A stretch of 43,154 bases of DNA from assembly GCA_031422435.1 (NCBI GenBank), contig JANPLU010000082.1, positions 1 through 43,154 of the forward strand, read 5' to 3'. Shown in pieces: positions 10,032 through 18,638 of this stretch; within the stretch, counting starts at the first letter, position 1, and each line of letters opens with the position of its first letter. A model generated the notes under the pieces. The model worked only from the letters and a program-made list of their open reading frames with translations. It ran no database searches and was not told the origin of the DNA. This DNA comes from Acaryochloridaceae cyanobacterium VAR_48_metabat_390 (lineage in GTDB: Bacteria; Cyanobacteriota; Cyanobacteriia; Thermosynechococcales; Thermosynechococcaceae). Made by a program: the position numbers and the translations under genes.

Positions 10032-11135
10032 ATGCCCAAAGCCGCTGCCCCTTCTCGCCCTCAACCCAAGCCAGCCAAAGCACCCCATGAGCTGAGCGAA
10101 TGTACTCCACTGATGCAACTGCCGCCGCTCTTAGGCGCATCTAAAGGGCAACTGACAGAGTGGGTACAGACCCAGCAGCAGCCTGCCTATCGAGGGCAAC
10201 AGCTGCATCAGTGGATTTATCAAAAAGGTATTCGGTCTTTAAGCGAGGTGACGGTCTTTTCTAAACAGTGGCGAGAAAGCGCAGTCCATATCCCCATCGG
10301 TCGCTCCACGCTGCACTATCGTTCTGAAGCACAAGATGGCACTGTTAAGTACCTACTGCGCCTCACGGATGGACAAATCATAGAGGCTGTGGGCATTCCT
10401 TCTGATCGACGGCTGACGGTGTGCGTGTCTTCTCAGGTCGGCTGTGCAATGGCCTGTGATTTTTGTGCAACGGGCAAAGGTGGGTTTGTGCGCCATTTGG
10501 CCTGCCATGAAATTGTGGATCAGGTGCTGACGGTACAAGAAGACTTTCAAGAACGGGTCAGCAATATTGTGTTTATGGGCATGGGGGAGCCACTGCTGAA
10601 TATAGAGAATGTGCTTGCGGCCGTGCGATCGCTCAATGAAGACATCGGCATTGGGCAGCGCTCCATCACAGTTTCCACCGTAGGGGTACCCGGCCGGATC
10701 TCGCAGTTGGCAGACTATAGCCTACAGGTGACCCTGGCGGTTAGTCTTCATGCTTCTAACCAGGGACTCAGAGAACAGTTAGTCCCCAGTGCCAAGCACT
10801 ACCGCCTAGAGTCGCTGATGGCAGACTGTCGGCAATATGTGGCGCAGACTGGACGGCGCGTTACGTTTGAATACATTGTGCTCGCAGGGTTTAATGACAA
10901 GCCAGAACACGCGTTGGAACTGGCTCAGCTTTTGCGAGGATTCCAGTCCCACGTCAACTTGATTCCCTATAACCCCATCAACGAAGTGGATTATCAGCGA
11001 CCTTCACCTCAGCAGCTTCAGATCTTTCTGCAAATTCTACAGCGCCACAAAGTTGCAGCCAGCGTGCGTCAATCTCGCGGGTTAGACCGCGATGCTGCTT
11101 GCGGACAGCTTCGAGCCTCTCAACTGGAGCAATGA
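10032..11135 (+). CDS. rlmN: 23S rRNA (A2503-C2)/tRNA methyltransferase
   Basis: [25 protein letters not shown] and AACGQL motifs. Confidence 0.97.
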   Translation: MPKAAAPSRPQPKPAKAPHELSECTPLMQLPPLLGASKGQLTEWVQTQQQPAYRGQQLHQWIYQKGIRSLSEVTVFSKQWRESAVHIPIGRSTLHYRSEAQDGTVKYLLRLTDGQIIEAVGIPSDRRLTVCVSSQVGCAMACDFCATGKGGFVRHLACHEIVDQVLTVQEDFQERVSNIVFMGMGEPLLNIENVLAAVRSLNEDIGIGQRSITVSTVGVPGRISQLADYSLQVTLAVSLHASNQGLREQLVPSAKHYRLESLMADCRQYVAQTGRRVTFEYIVLAGFNDKPEHALELAQLLRGFQSHVNLIPYNPINEVDYQRPSPQQLQIFLQILQRHKVAASVRQSRGLDRDAACGQLRASQLEQ

Positions 11136-11272
11136 TGCTCCAACGCCGCAATAGCCCATTCAGTGAGCCTGTAACACTCCTATCTAAATCACTAGGGTGG
11201 TGGGGGTAACGGAGGGCAATTTTGGAGGCTGCGATCGCCCTTCCTGTCCTTACTGTTAGGCTTTAGCCTTTC

Positions 11273-11315
11273 GTAGTCGCAGATACAAAACCCGCTCAGA
11301 GCATCGCTTTACGCT
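11273..11315 (+). promoter_or_regulatory. NtcA-activated (class II) promoter of the Nit1C operon
   Basis: GTA-GTCGCAGA-TAC (11273-11286), 23-nt spacer, then -10 TACGCT (TAN3T; 11310-11315), 36 nt before the ATG. Confidence 0.8.
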
Positions 11316-11351
11316 TGCGTCATACCCGTTATTGCGAGCCAGAAACAAACG

Positions 11352-11834
11352 ATGCCTGAAGTGACTAAACCCGCCCACCAAGCAGGCGATTTTTTCGTCG
11401 ACTACGAAGAAAAAGTATTTCCTGATGTCCAGGCCGATCCTGGGGAAAAAGCGCTTGTTACGTTCCATACCGTCGCCTTTGAAGGCTCCATTGGTTTTGT
11501 GAACCTGTTGCAGGCCACGCGCCTACAGCGTAAAGGGTTTGAAACCTCCATTTTGCTCTATGGCCCTGGCGTTACCTTAGGGGTTCAGCGGGGATTTCCT
11601 AAACTTGGGGATGCAGCGTTCCCGGGACATCAAAACTTTAACGATCAGCTCACTAAATTTATGTCCGAAGGGGGCAAGGTTTATGCCTGTCGTTTTGCCC
11701 TGCAAGCGCTTTATGGTCACGGCGAACCGTCCCTTATCCCTGGCATTCGTCCCATTAGCCCCCTAGATGTGCTGGATTTAGTGCTGCTCCATCGCAAAGA
11801 TGGCGCCTTTATTCTCGATACCTGGACGCTCTAG
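11352..11834 (+). CDS. MSMEG_0572/Sll0783 family nitrogen starvation response protein (Nit1C NitB, DsrE-like)
   Basis: [30 protein letters not shown] and [12 protein letters not shown]; first gene of the Nit1C order. Confidence 0.93.
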   Translation: MPEVTKPAHQAGDFFVDYEEKVFPDVQADPGEKALVTFHTVAFEGSIGFVNLLQATRLQRKGFETSILLYGPGVTLGVQRGFPKLGDAAFPGHQNFNDQLTKFMSEGGKVYACRFALQALYGHGEPSLIPGIRPISPLDVLDLVLLHRKDGAFILDTWTL

Positions 11835-11836
11835 TC

Positions 11837-12877
11837 ATGGATTACTCCCGTCGGGTGAGAGCCGCCGCCGTTCAGATGAGTCCTGTCTTATTTAGCCGAG
11901 AGGGTACCACGGCGAAAGTATTGGATGCGATCGCCGCTGCCGCCAAAGAAGGCGCTCAACTGGTAGTGTTTCCAGAAACGTTTGTGCCCTACTATCCGTA
12001 TTTTTCCTTCGTGCAGCCGCCCGTGTTAATGGGTAAAGCGCACATGCAGCTATACGAGGAATCGGTAGAAGTCCCTGGGGCTGTCACCGAGGCGGTAAGT
12101 CAGACCGCAAAAACCCACGGCATGGTTGTGGTCTTGGGCGTGAATGAGCGCGATCATGGGTCACTCTACAATACGCAGCTCATTTTTGATGCAGATGGCT
12201 CATTGCTGTGTAAACGGCGCAAGCTTACCCCTACCTATCATGAGCGCATGGTGTGGGGACAGGGGAATGGATCGGGTCTTAAGGTGACAGAGACTGCCGT
12301 GGGGAAATTAGGCGCGTTGGCCTGCTGGGAACATTACAATCCCCTGGCGCGGTATGCGCTGATGGCAGGGCATGAGCAGATCCACTGTGCCCAGTTTCCT
12401 GGGTCGCTCGTGGGTCAAATTTTTGCAGATCAAATGGAGGTGACGATTCGCCACCACGCCCTAGAATCAGGCTGTTTTGTGGTGAATTCCACAGGATGGC
12501 TTTCCCCTGATCAGGTGGCGCAAATCACCTCCGATGAGAGGCTCCAAAAGGCGCTCGTCGGGGGGTGCCATACCGCCATCATTGGGCCAGAGGGGAATCA
12601 TCTATGTGCGCCCATTACGGAGGGAGAAGGCATGGCGATCGCCGATCTTGACTTTTCCCTGATTACGAAGCGCAAGCGCATGATGGACTCCGTCGGTCAC
12701 TATGCCCGACCCGACCTGCTCCAGCTCCAGCTCAATACAGAGGCTCAGACCGTAATCCAGCCTTCCTCCTTCCTCGGCGGCAGTTCTGATATCAATGAAC
12801 CCTTCACCTTCAGACCTCAAGACTATGGAAAGCCGTCCTCCGCTCCCCCCGTTCACGCTGGAAACAGCGACAGCTAA
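11837..12877 (+). CDS. Nit6803/Sll0784 family nitrilase (Nit1C NitC)
   Basis: Catalytic E-K-C triad in [15 protein letters not shown] and [21 protein letters not shown]. Confidence 0.95.
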   Translation: MDYSRRVRAAAVQMSPVLFSREGTTAKVLDAIAAAAKEGAQLVVFPETFVPYYPYFSFVQPPVLMGKAHMQLYEESVEVPGAVTEAVSQTAKTHGMVVVLGVNERDHGSLYNTQLIFDADGSLLCKRRKLTPTYHERMVWGQGNGSGLKVTETAVGKLGALACWEHYNPLARYALMAGHEQIHCAQFPGSLVGQIFADQMEVTIRHHALESGCFVVNSTGWLSPDQVAQITSDERLQKALVGGCHTAIIGPEGNHLCAPITEGEGMAIADLDFSLITKRKRMMDSVGHYARPDLLQLQLNTEAQTVIQPSSFLGGSSDINEPFTFRPQDYGKPSSAPPVHAGNSDS

Positions 12878-13256
12878 AGTTCAGGCTGCTGAAAATGCTT
12901 GGAATACGCGCGATCCAGACCGCGTTGCCTTAGCCTACACCGAAGACTCTCAGTGGCGAAACCGAGCCGAATTTTTTAGCGGCAGAGAGGCCATTCGCTC
13001 TTTTTTGCAGCGCAAGTGGGTCAAGGAACTCGACTATCGCCTTAAAAAAGAACTGTGGAGTTTTACCGAAAACCGGATTTCTGTGCGATTTGAGTACGAG
13101 TGGCACGATGACTCCGGCTTTTGGTACCGCGCCTACGGCAACGAACAGTGGGAGTTTGCCTCCAACGGACTAATGCAGCGCCGAGAAGCCAGCATTAACG
13201 ACGTACCCATTTTGGAATCGGATCGGAAGTTTCGCTGGGAGCGTCTTACCCCATGA
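12825..13256 (+). CDS. SnoaL-like/NTF2 family protein (DUF1348)
   Basis: [42 protein letters not shown]. Start placed at the ATG at 12825 (ORF track begins 12795). Confidence 0.9.
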   Translation: MESRPPLPPFTLETATAKVQAAENAWNTRDPDRVALAYTEDSQWRNRAEFFSGREAIRSFLQRKWVKELDYRLKKELWSFTENRISVRFEYEWHDDSGFWYRAYGNEQWEFASNGLMQRREASINDVPILESDRKFRWERLTP

Positions 13257-14341
13257 ACCCAAGTCAGCTGATTACAGATCTCCAGTCCCACGGCCTTAGG
13301 CTGATTGACCCAGCGCTGAGTGCGGCAGGTCGTAAAGGCGGTGCAGGACCATCCGATCACAAAGCCATGACCGTGGGAAACACCACGGTCATGGTGCCAA
13401 TCTACACCAGTGCCGCAGCCGAGTCTCCCTATACTACCGTCTACAACGCAAAGACGGATCAGAGCGAGTTGAAGTGGAAAGGAGAGGCGATCGCCCCCAT
13501 CAGTTTCCCCCACCCGCCCAAGTTCTATGGGCTAAACACTGCAGAGGGCATTCCCTACTGGAAAATTGCGCTGCTGCACAGCCGCGATGTGCTGGCAACC
13601 ACGGTGATGCAAACCTGCATCCGCTATGGCGATCCAGCAACGTCCTGTCAGTTTTGCGCCATTGGTCAATCGTTGGAGAGCGATCGCACCATTGCCCGTA
13701 AAACCCCAGCCCAGCTTGCGGAAGTGGCTGAAGCCGCTGTGCGGCTGGATGGGGTGGAGCACATGATTATGACCACAGGGACGCCGAATATCAGCGATCG
13801 CGGTGCGGCCTATCTGACCGATTGTGCCAGAGCCGTCAAAGCTGCGGTGGATCTGCCCATTCAGGCGCAGTCTGAACCCCCAGACGATTTTGTATGGTTT
13901 GAGCGGATGAAAGCGGCAGGGGTAGACAGTTTAGGAATGCATTTAGAAGCCGTTGATCCACAAGTTCGTGCGCGGATTATGCCAGGGAAAGCCACGGTAC
14001 CCACAGATTACTACTACGAAGCCTTTGCCGCTGCTATAAAAGTCTTTGGGTGGGGGCAGGTCAGCACCTATTTACTTGCAGGGTTGGGGGATAGTGCTGA
14101 GACGTTGTTGGATGCCTGCGATCGCCTAATCTCCCTCGGCGTGTATCCCTTTGTTGTGCCCTTTGTGCCCATCACCGGAACGCCCTTAGCGAATTATCCT
14201 TCGCCCAGCAGCGCATTTATGTATCCGCTGTATGAGCAGATCGGCCAAAAGCTGCGGCAGGCAGGAATGTTTTCTCACGACATCAAGGCAGGCTGCGCCA
14301 AGTGTGGAGCCTGTTCTGCGCTTTCGACCTTTGAAAGATGA
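13253..14341 (+). CDS. MSMEG_0568/Sll0785 family radical SAM protein (Nit1C NitD)
   Basis: GGAGPSDH, extended Cx9Cx2C ([14 protein letters not shown]), C-terminal GCAKCGAC. Confidence 0.93.
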   Translation: MNPSQLITDLQSHGLRLIDPALSAAGRKGGAGPSDHKAMTVGNTTVMVPIYTSAAAESPYTTVYNAKTDQSELKWKGEAIAPISFPHPPKFYGLNTAEGIPYWKIALLHSRDVLATTVMQTCIRYGDPATSCQFCAIGQSLESDRTIARKTPAQLAEVAEAAVRLDGVEHMIMTTGTPNISDRGAAYLTDCARAVKAAVDLPIQAQSEPPDDFVWFERMKAAGVDSLGMHLEAVDPQVRARIMPGKATVPTDYYYEAFAAAIKVFGWGQVSTYLLAGLGDSAETLLDACDRLISLGVYPFVVPFVPITGTPLANYPSPSSAFMYPLYEQIGQKLRQAGMFSHDIKAGCAKCGACSALSTFER

Positions 14342-14350
14342 TCTCTAGCC

Positions 14351-14860
14351 ATGAAAAAGACTCAACCCTACCAGTTTCAGTTGGCAAAAACTCCCGCAGA
14401 ATGCCAAGCCTATTTTGCCCTCCGCCACTCTATTTTTGTGGAAGAACAGGGAGTATTTACGGGGAATGATGCGGACAATTTGGATGCGATTGCCTACCCC
14501 ATCATTGCCACCCAAGCATCTGAAGTCATCGGCATCGTTCGCATCTACGAATCAGCACCCAGACTTTGGTACGGCGGACGTTTAGGCGTGCATGTCGACC
14601 ACCGCCGCGCTGCCCAAGTGGGGAAGGGCTTAATTTATAAAGCTGTAACCACCGCTAATACCTGGGGCTGCGATCGCTTCTTAGCAACCGTACAGCTTCA
14701 GAACGTGCGCTTTTTCCAGCGACTGCACTGGAACTCCCTAGAAGAAATGAATCTCTGCGGCTTAACCCATCACCTCATGGAAGCAGAACTCAACCACTAT
14801 CCGCCCAATGCAGAAACTCGTCCCGCCGCCCTTCCCTTCTTGAACCAGCACGCTTCTTGA
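14351..14860 (+). CDS. MSMEG_0567/Sll0786 family GNAT acetyltransferase (Nit1C NitE)
   Basis: LR-IFVEEQ, WYGGRLGV, AV-TA-WGC-FLATVQ-QNVRFF. Confidence 0.9.
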   Translation: MKKTQPYQFQLAKTPAECQAYFALRHSIFVEEQGVFTGNDADNLDAIAYPIIATQASEVIGIVRIYESAPRLWYGGRLGVHVDHRRAAQVGKGLIYKAVTTANTWGCDRFLATVQLQNVRFFQRLHWNSLEEMNLCGLTHHLMEAELNHYPPNAETRPAALPFLNQHAS

Positions 14861-15831
14861 ACGCCATGCTGCTATCCGTCCTCGCCGCCCGCATCAAAGC
14901 ATCCCTTGGCCTCCAGTACAAGCAAGATATCCAGACGGCTGCCCGTCACCTCAAATCAAATGCCATCCAAGTCGGCGATGATTGCGCCGCGATTCCAGAC
15001 GGCAATGGCTATTTGCTGCTCGCTGCTGAAGGGCTTCTCCCTCAATTTGTCGAAACAGAGCCTTGGTTTGCGGGCTGGTGTGCGGTCATGGTAAACGTCA
15101 GCGATATCCATGCCATGGGCGGAAGGGCGATCGCGCTAGTCGACACCCTCTGGAGCCAGTCCGCCGAAGCCACTCAACCCATCTGGCAAGGAATGCTGGC
15201 GGCAGCTAAAGCCTATAACGTCCCCATTGTAGGAGGCCATACGAATTGCCATAGCCCCTATAACGCCCTATCTGTCGCAATTTTGGGAAGAGCCACCCAT
15301 CTCATTACCAGCTTTAGCGCCCAACCGAACGATGTAATCTTGGTCGCCATCGACTTTCGCGGTCAGCCTCACCCAACCTATCCATTCTGGAATGCCGCTA
15401 CGAAGACTGACCCAGAACGCCTACAAAGAGATTTAGAACTCTTGCCCAAAATCGCAGAACTAGGCTTGTGTAGTACAGGCAAAGACATCAGCATGGGGGG
15501 CATTATCGGCACATTGCTCATGCTGCTCGAAACTTCCGGCTGCGGTGCGGTGCTAAACCTCGATCAGGTTCCCTGCCCAGAAGAAATATCGCTAGAGAAG
15601 TGGCTGGTTAGTTTTCCGAGCTACGGATTTCTTTTGAGCGTCTGTCCAAACCATGTTGAGGCAGTTCAGTCCTACTTTCATCAGCGCAATTTAGTCTGTG
15701 AGGCCGTAGGAACAATGCAGGCTAAGCCTCAAATGATTTTGAAATACCAATCCGAGAATGCTGTATTTTGGGATTTTGATCAGCAGCCACTAACGGGGTT
15801 TACACCCCGTCCATCAACGGCGATGGGTTAA
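14857..15831 (+). CDS. Sll0787 family AIR synthase-like protein (Nit1C NitF)
   Basis: GDDCAAIP, VNVSDI-AMGG, VGGHTN, KDISMGG; start at TTG 14857 or ATG 14866. Confidence 0.92.
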   Translation: MNAMLLSVLAARIKASLGLQYKQDIQTAARHLKSNAIQVGDDCAAIPDGNGYLLLAAEGLLPQFVETEPWFAGWCAVMVNVSDIHAMGGRAIALVDTLWSQSAEATQPIWQGMLAAAKAYNVPIVGGHTNCHSPYNALSVAILGRATHLITSFSAQPNDVILVAIDFRGQPHPTYPFWNAATKTDPERLQRDLELLPKIAELGLCSTGKDISMGGIIGTLLMLLETSGCGAVLNLDQVPCPEEISLEKWLVSFPSYGFLLSVCPNHVEAVQSYFHQRNLVCEAVGTMQAKPQMILKYQSENAVFWDFDQQPLTGFTPRPSTAMG

Positions 15832-15956
15832 GCAGACGGCAGTATATTCTAAGCAGGGAAATAGCGTATCGCTCCGTTCTGTTGAAACTTTTATCAAAAC
15901 AAAAATTAAAATAGATGGAGCGAGCTTTGATTTCCAAAAAGTGAGTAGTTTTACCC

Positions 15957-16655
15957 ATGCCTAAAGCCCCTATCACCCAAGGAAAGCTTAAGAAAATGAT
16001 GGCGCATCTCAATCCTGAACGTTATCTTTCTAAGCCTCAAGTCAACAGAAGCGCTGGGCTATCAACAGATCAAAAAACAACTCAAAAGTTGAGGCATGGC
16101 TTTACCAATTGGAAAAACCGATTTCTCATTCCTCTTGAAATTCTCTGCATTCCCTGGGCGCAAGAGATTCTTGACACACTATTTTTTCAAGGACGGTGGA
16201 ATCTAGTCGTTTATCCCAGATCCGTCGAGGGAATCCCTGGTATTTTTCTATCAGCCTTCTCTCACTCCGGCTGGGGACACCTCATCGGCAACAGTATCGC
16301 CTTCACAATCTTTAGTTGGTTAATTCTTGTCAAAAGCGTAAAAGACTTTTGGATTACTTTTGTGCTGGGATGGATTGGCGGAGGCTTTGCCTGTTGGCTG
16401 CTTGGGCCACAGGCTGCTCATGGACTAAGCGGGGTCGTTTATACGCTGTTTGGCTATCTACTGGTGATTGGGTGGCTTGAAAAACAATTTCTGCCGCTGC
16501 TCATTTCAGCCTTTGTGATGGTCAATTTTAGCTATGTGGTCTGGGGCATTTTCCCGACGGATTCAAGAATTGCGTGGTGGGGACATCTGTTTGGCTTTTT
16601 GCTCGGCGTATTTTCGGCCTATGGCATTTATCGTGAGCCAAAAGCGCATACTTAA
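15957..16655 (+). CDS. Rhomboid family intramembrane serine protease
   Basis: H-GWGHLIGN, GLSG (GxSG), WWGHLFG. Confidence 0.9.
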   Translation: MPKAPITQGKLKKMMAHLNPERYLSKPQVNRSAGLSTDQKTTQKLRHGFTNWKNRFLIPLEILCIPWAQEILDTLFFQGRWNLVVYPRSVEGIPGIFLSAFSHSGWGHLIGNSIAFTIFSWLILVKSVKDFWITFVLGWIGGGFACWLLGPQAAHGLSGVVYTLFGYLLVIGWLEKQFLPLLISAFVMVNFSYVVWGIFPTDSRIAWWGHLFGFLLGVFSAYGIYREPKAHT

Positions 16656-18025
16656 TCAAATTGATGCTTAATGCTCGTCAGATCTGCATAAATAGTCGTG
16701 AATGAAGGCCGAAGAGCGGGAGTTGGGTTCATACAATTTTGCTGAATAAGGCGTAGCTGATCAATCGCCACTTGCTGAGACACGGAATCTTTTGCATCAT
16801 CATGATCTAGGTCGTAATGGTCTAGTAAGTCTTGCAACAAACAGCCAAAGGCTCTGACTTCGAGTTGTTCTAAGGCTTGTCCAGTCTCGATATCGTGTCG
16901 CTTATAAAAGGAGGCTGCGCCAAAATCACCTAACAAGCTGTCTCCCGCATCGTTGACCAGAATATTATGGGCATAGAGATCGCCATGCATAATGCCTTGA
17001 TGGTGTAGATGGGCAGCGGCGGCGGAAATCCCTAGCGCGATACGCAGGATAGAGACAAAGGAAAAGGAGGTATCAGGTGTGTAGGTATCTCGAATGCAGG
17101 TTTCAAGGTTAGGGGGATTGCCCAAATTTTTATAGTCTGGTGGAATTAAGGAAAGTAATAGCCCTGCTTTTTGCTCAGGGTGATTCTCGATCTTTCCTAA
17201 CACATTGACGAGATTGGGGTGCGCCCCCGCTGCGATGTACGCCTGCATTTCATCTTCAGGGCTTCCGTCACTCGTAATGTCACCCTTGAAAATTTTGACA
17301 GCAACCGTATTAGCTTGGGTGGATGTGACCTGCCATAATGCTTTAGAAATAACGCCAGATGCACCTTCTCCAAGGGTCTCTTCGAGGGCTAAATCAGCCC
17401 AATTAATGGGGGAAAGCGGCGATGGCTTCGCACCAAGAGTACGCAGTTCTGCGGTGCCTTCACAAAATGGATTACTCGCATAGGCCAGCCATGACAACCG
17501 AGGCAGCGCAAGCAACCAAGACGGTAGCGTAGTAAGGCGATTCGCTGAAAGCCTAATCAGCTCTAAACTTTGGCAATTCTCCATTTCTTGCGGCAAAGAT
17601 TTTAAACGATTCCCTGCTAACATCAGCTTCTGCAATTTGCTGAGATTGCCGATGGTTGGCGGAAGCTGCTCAATCTGGTTATTGGTGAGGATTAACCAGC
17701 GAAGCGTGGGAGATAATGCTTGATCGCTGATATGCCGAATTTGGTTAGATTTGAACCCAATGATGCTGAGTTGAGGACATTGGGCTAGAACCTCTGGAAT
17801 TTCTTCAAACTCATTATTGACAAAGAAAACGGCCTTTAGGTTTTTTAAGCGTCCAAAGTCATCGGGCAAAGACTTTAGAGCATTATTGGATAAATCTAAA
17901 ACTTCTAACGAATCTGCCAAATCTAAAACTTCTGCTGGGAGGTGAGTTAACCCGCAGTTGAGCGCAAGTTTTTGAGTACCCACTAGCTGACCCGTTTGCA
18001 GTAGGTTGAGCGTTTCTGTCGTCAA
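16652..18025 (-). CDS. Leucine-rich repeat protein kinase family protein
   Basis: About six LxxLxLxxNxL repeats, then LGEGASG, VAVK, HGDLYAHN and GDFG. Confidence 0.92.
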   Translation of the reverse strand: MTTETLNLLQTGQLVGTQKLALNCGLTHLPAEVLDLADSLEVLDLSNNALKSLPDDFGRLKNLKAVFFVNNEFEEIPEVLAQCPQLSIIGFKSNQIRHISDQALSPTLRWLILTNNQIEQLPPTIGNLSKLQKLMLAGNRLKSLPQEMENCQSLELIRLSANRLTTLPSWLLALPRLSWLAYASNPFCEGTAELRTLGAKPSPLSPINWADLALEETLGEGASGVISKALWQVTSTQANTVAVKIFKGDITSDGSPEDEMQAYIAAGAHPNLVNVLGKIENHPEQKAGLLLSLIPPDYKNLGNPPNLETCIRDTYTPDTSFSFVSILRIALGISAAAAHLHHQGIMHGDLYAHNILVNDAGDSLLGDFGAASFYKRHDIETGQALEQLEVRAFGCLLQDLLDHYDLDHDDAKDSVSQQVAIDQLRLIQQNCMNPTPALRPSFTTIYADLTSIKHQFD

Positions 18026-18080
18026 AAGAGTAAAGCCTTTGCAGAGTTAAGTTTGCATCGTGCGTGATTGAGATTAATCG

Positions 18081-18113
18081 CCCCCCCTCTTCTCCTACCG
18101 TAAAAGAAGGGGG
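18081..18113. repeat. GC-rich imperfect hairpin (short dispersed repeat / possible terminator)
   Basis: CCCCCTCTTCT...AGAAGGGGG between the Rieske and LRR-kinase genes; similar to the hairpins at 38603-38676. Confidence 0.35.
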
Positions 18114-18143
18114 AAGCGCTAGAGAAGTAGATTCAACGCGCCT

Positions 18144-18500
18144 CTATGCGCCCTCAACCTCAACCCAAACATTGCCATCTTCAATTCGCGTGGGGAAAAC
18201 GGCGATCGCCTTAGGCGAAGAGATCTTACCCAAAAGATTCCCAACCACCGGAGGAAAAGGCGTCCAATCTATAACTGCGCCTGTTTTTAGATCAAAACTG
18301 CTGCGATGTAACGGACAAATAATAGTACAGTCTTTTACCTTCCCTGACTTCATGGGAATCTTCATGTGAGGGCAAGTGTTCTCTACCGCGTAAAGTGAAC
18401 CCGCCTCATTGAGCACCAAGATTTTGCGATTGCCCACTTTTACAACCTGGCGATCGCCCGGTGCTAGAGCATCTACAGCACATGCCTTAGTCCAGCCCAT
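18144..18500 (-). CDS. Rieske (2Fe-2S) ferredoxin-like protein
   Basis: CPH...CPLH ligands, FDLKTG; soluble, 118 aa. Confidence 0.93.
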   Translation of the reverse strand: MGWTKACAVDALAPGDRQVVKVGNRKILVLNEAGSLYAVENTCPHMKIPMKSGKVKDCTIICPLHRSSFDLKTGAVIDWTPFPPVVGNLLGKISSPKAIAVFPTRIEDGNVWVEVEGA

Positions 18501-18638
18501 AAAACATCCTCATTGGTATGATTCTCCATAAGCATCATACTTTGAACCCTACAACAGAGGTTTTGGTTTTAATCTCAATTCAGAGTTTAGGCAGCGTCGC
18601 AGAGCAGTGAAGATAAGTTGAAATCTCTCATCACTGCC

